Positions 62,854-64,000 of a stretch of 64,000 bases of DNA are shown here, piece after piece. Source of the DNA: Paludibacter sp. Its GTDB lineage: Bacteria > Bacteroidota > Bacteroidia > Bacteroidales > Paludibacteraceae. Below the pieces are notes generated by a model. That model was not told the origin of the DNA and ran no database searches. It saw only the letters and a program-made list of their open reading frames with translations. The translations under genes were made by a program, and so were the position numbers. The stretch is taken from positions 143,990-207,989 of the forward strand of contig NZ_WASO01000009.1 of the NCBI RefSeq assembly GCF_009712605.1, in the 5' to 3' direction. Position 1 is the first letter of the stretch; each line of letters opens with the position of its first letter.

Positions 62854-64000
62854 ATGAAGGAAGCTCTACTCCAGTATGCATGGCAGCATAAACTTTTCTA
62901 CACTGGTAAACTGGCTACAATTAAAGGGGAAAAAGTGGAAGTCATAGATCCCGGACAACTCAATAAAGATGCAGGTCCTGATTTTTTCAATGCAAAAATT
63001 AAAATCGGAGAAACTTTGTGGGCCGGTAATGTTGAAGTGCATGTAAACTCGTCCGACTGGAAAAATCACCATCATTCCGAAGACTATGCCTACAACAATA
63101 TCATTCTGCATGTTATAGCCAAACATGACGCTGACATTTTCAGAACTTCCGGTGCAGAAATAGAACAATTGATACTCCCCTGCCACGAAGATCTTGAATC
63201 CCGGCACGAAGCATTGATGGAGCCAAAATCGTTTGTTTCGTGCGCTAAACATTTAGACAAAGTTCCACGTATTCTTCTTTCCGGCTGGAAAAACTCTTTA
63301 CTAACGGAACGGCTTGAGCTAAAAGTAAACGATATTGAAATACTTCTTCAAAACACGCAGAACAACTGGGAAGAAGCCTTTTATATCACGCTAGCGCGTA
63401 ATTTCGGAACAGGCATTAATTCCATTCCATTTGAGCTTTTAGCTAAAAGTTTACCACAAATATACCTTGCAAAGCACAAAGAGAATCTGACACAAATTGA
63501 AGCAATGCTATTCGGTCAGTCCGGATTATTAAACCAATCTCCAACAAGCGATTACGCAAACAAATTAAAACAAGAATACTCCTTTCTGAAAGCCAAGTAT
63601 AAGCTTCAACCCATTGACGCCCATCTCTGGAAACTGCTCCGCTTACGCCCACAAAACTTTCCTCACATGAGGATTGCCCAGTTTGCTACCCTAACAAGCA
63701 AATCCTCAAAACTCTTTTCAAAAGTTGTCAACGCAAAGTCCATCGAAGAAATGGAATCATTGTTTGAATGCTCCACATCCGAATACTGGCAATCGCATTA
63801 CACTTTCAACAAAACATCACATCCGAAGCAAAAACCTATCGGTAAATCAACGATCAAAATTCTATTAATCAATTCTGTTGTACCTTTGCTTTTCACTTAC
63901 GGACGATACAAAAGTGACGAAAGAATGCAAGAAAAAGCACTTACATTATTGGAGCAAATCACGCCCGAACAAAACAGTATTATAAAAAAATGGAAGCAAT
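62854..64000 (+). CDS. DUF2851-family protein, partial (runs off the window end)
   Basis: This ORF is absent from the supplied ORF track. Translation from the ATG at 62854 gives MKEALLQYAWQHKLFYTGKLATIKGEKVEVIDPGQLNKDAGPDFFNAKIKIGETLWAGNVEVHVNSSDW..., which matches the DUF2851 N-terminal pattern. It stays open to position 64000. Confidence 0.5.
   Translation, partial: MKEALLQYAWQHKLFYTGKLATIKGEKVEVIDPGQLNKDAGPDFFNAKIKIGETLWAGNVEVHVNSSDWKNHHHSEDYAYNNIILHVIAKHDADIFRTSGAEIEQLILPCHEDLESRHEALMEPKSFVSCAKHLDKVPRILLSGWKNSLLTERLELKVNDIEILLQNTQNNWEEAFYITLARNFGTGINSIPFELLAKSLPQIYLAKHKENLTQIEAMLFGQSGLLNQSPTSDYANKLKQEYSFLKAKYKLQPIDAHLWKLLRLRPQNFPHMRIAQFATLTSKSSKLFSKVVNAKSIEEMESLFECSTSEYWQSHYTFNKTSHPKQKPIGKSTIKILLINSVVPLLFTYGRYKSDERMQEKALTLLEQITPEQNSIIKKWKQ

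Noticed and set aside
62866-63252. 128-aa minus-strand ORF from the supplied track
   Set aside because: The plus strand here encodes a long open frame from the ATG at 62854 with DUF2851-like sequence, running to the window end. The minus-strand ORF is its antisense.

Overview
This window is a chromosomal segment of a Bacteroidota (Bacteroidales-like) genome, at roughly 43% GC by eye. Most of it is densely packed housekeeping genes on both strands. I recognise these from their translated sequences.

- **Housekeeping genes:** partial hisC, a FabK/NMO-like flavoprotein, a LytTR regulator, a homocysteine methyltransferase-domain protein, an M20 dipeptidase, msrBA, lysS, gpsA, pgi, coaD, tatA, metA, murI, a C69 dipeptidase, ribE, rpsT, lon, eno, a flotillin, dedA, a GT4 glycosyltransferase, thrA, an M13 peptidase, dnaX, yebC, rplS, coaX, an LptC-like protein, a gldE/CBS-HlyC protein, rsmD, an LpxH-like phosphoesterase, apgM, and DUF2851/DUF3857-type Bacteroidetes proteins.
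- **tRNAs:** three are present: tRNA-Glu(UUC) on the minus strand, and tRNA-Pro(GGG) and tRNA-Val(GAC) on the plus strand.
- **Promoters and terminators:** several promoters carry the Bacteroidetes sigma-A -7 box TAnnTTTG, here usually TATCTTTG or TACCTTTG, with an upstream TTTG. Many intrinsic terminators are visible.
- **AT-rich insertions:** three short AT-rich insertions interrupt the core genes.
  - **Islet 1 (about 12.1-14.9 kb, between msrBA and lysS):** this is the most interesting region. A 300-aa protein pairs an uncharacterised N-terminal domain with a C-terminal T5orf172/GIY-YIG-type nuclease domain. It is translationally coupled to a 122-aa protein that resembles the trypco2 adaptor domain of conflict systems. 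An IS200-like Y1 transposase of the REP-associated (RAYT) type follows immediately. It is bracketed by two ~250-bp direct repeats built from inversely oriented REP-like palindromes that show compensatory stem mutations.
  - **Islet 2 (37.8-38.9 kb):** a solitary AbiH-family abortive-infection gene downstream of the thrA terminator.
  - **Islet 3 (19.2-19.6 kb):** a four-helix-bundle (23S-IVS/Avd-like) gene inserted between pgi and coaD, flanked by imperfect inverted repeats.
- **Other features:** a ~125-bp GC-rich palindromic MITE-like element with 11-bp terminal inverted repeats; a 21-bp-period tandem direct repeat beside the LytTR regulator gene; and a perfect 50-bp palindrome acting as a bidirectional terminator.

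No CRISPR array, rRNA or prophage was seen. All functional calls rest on motif recognition by eye. No database search was run.
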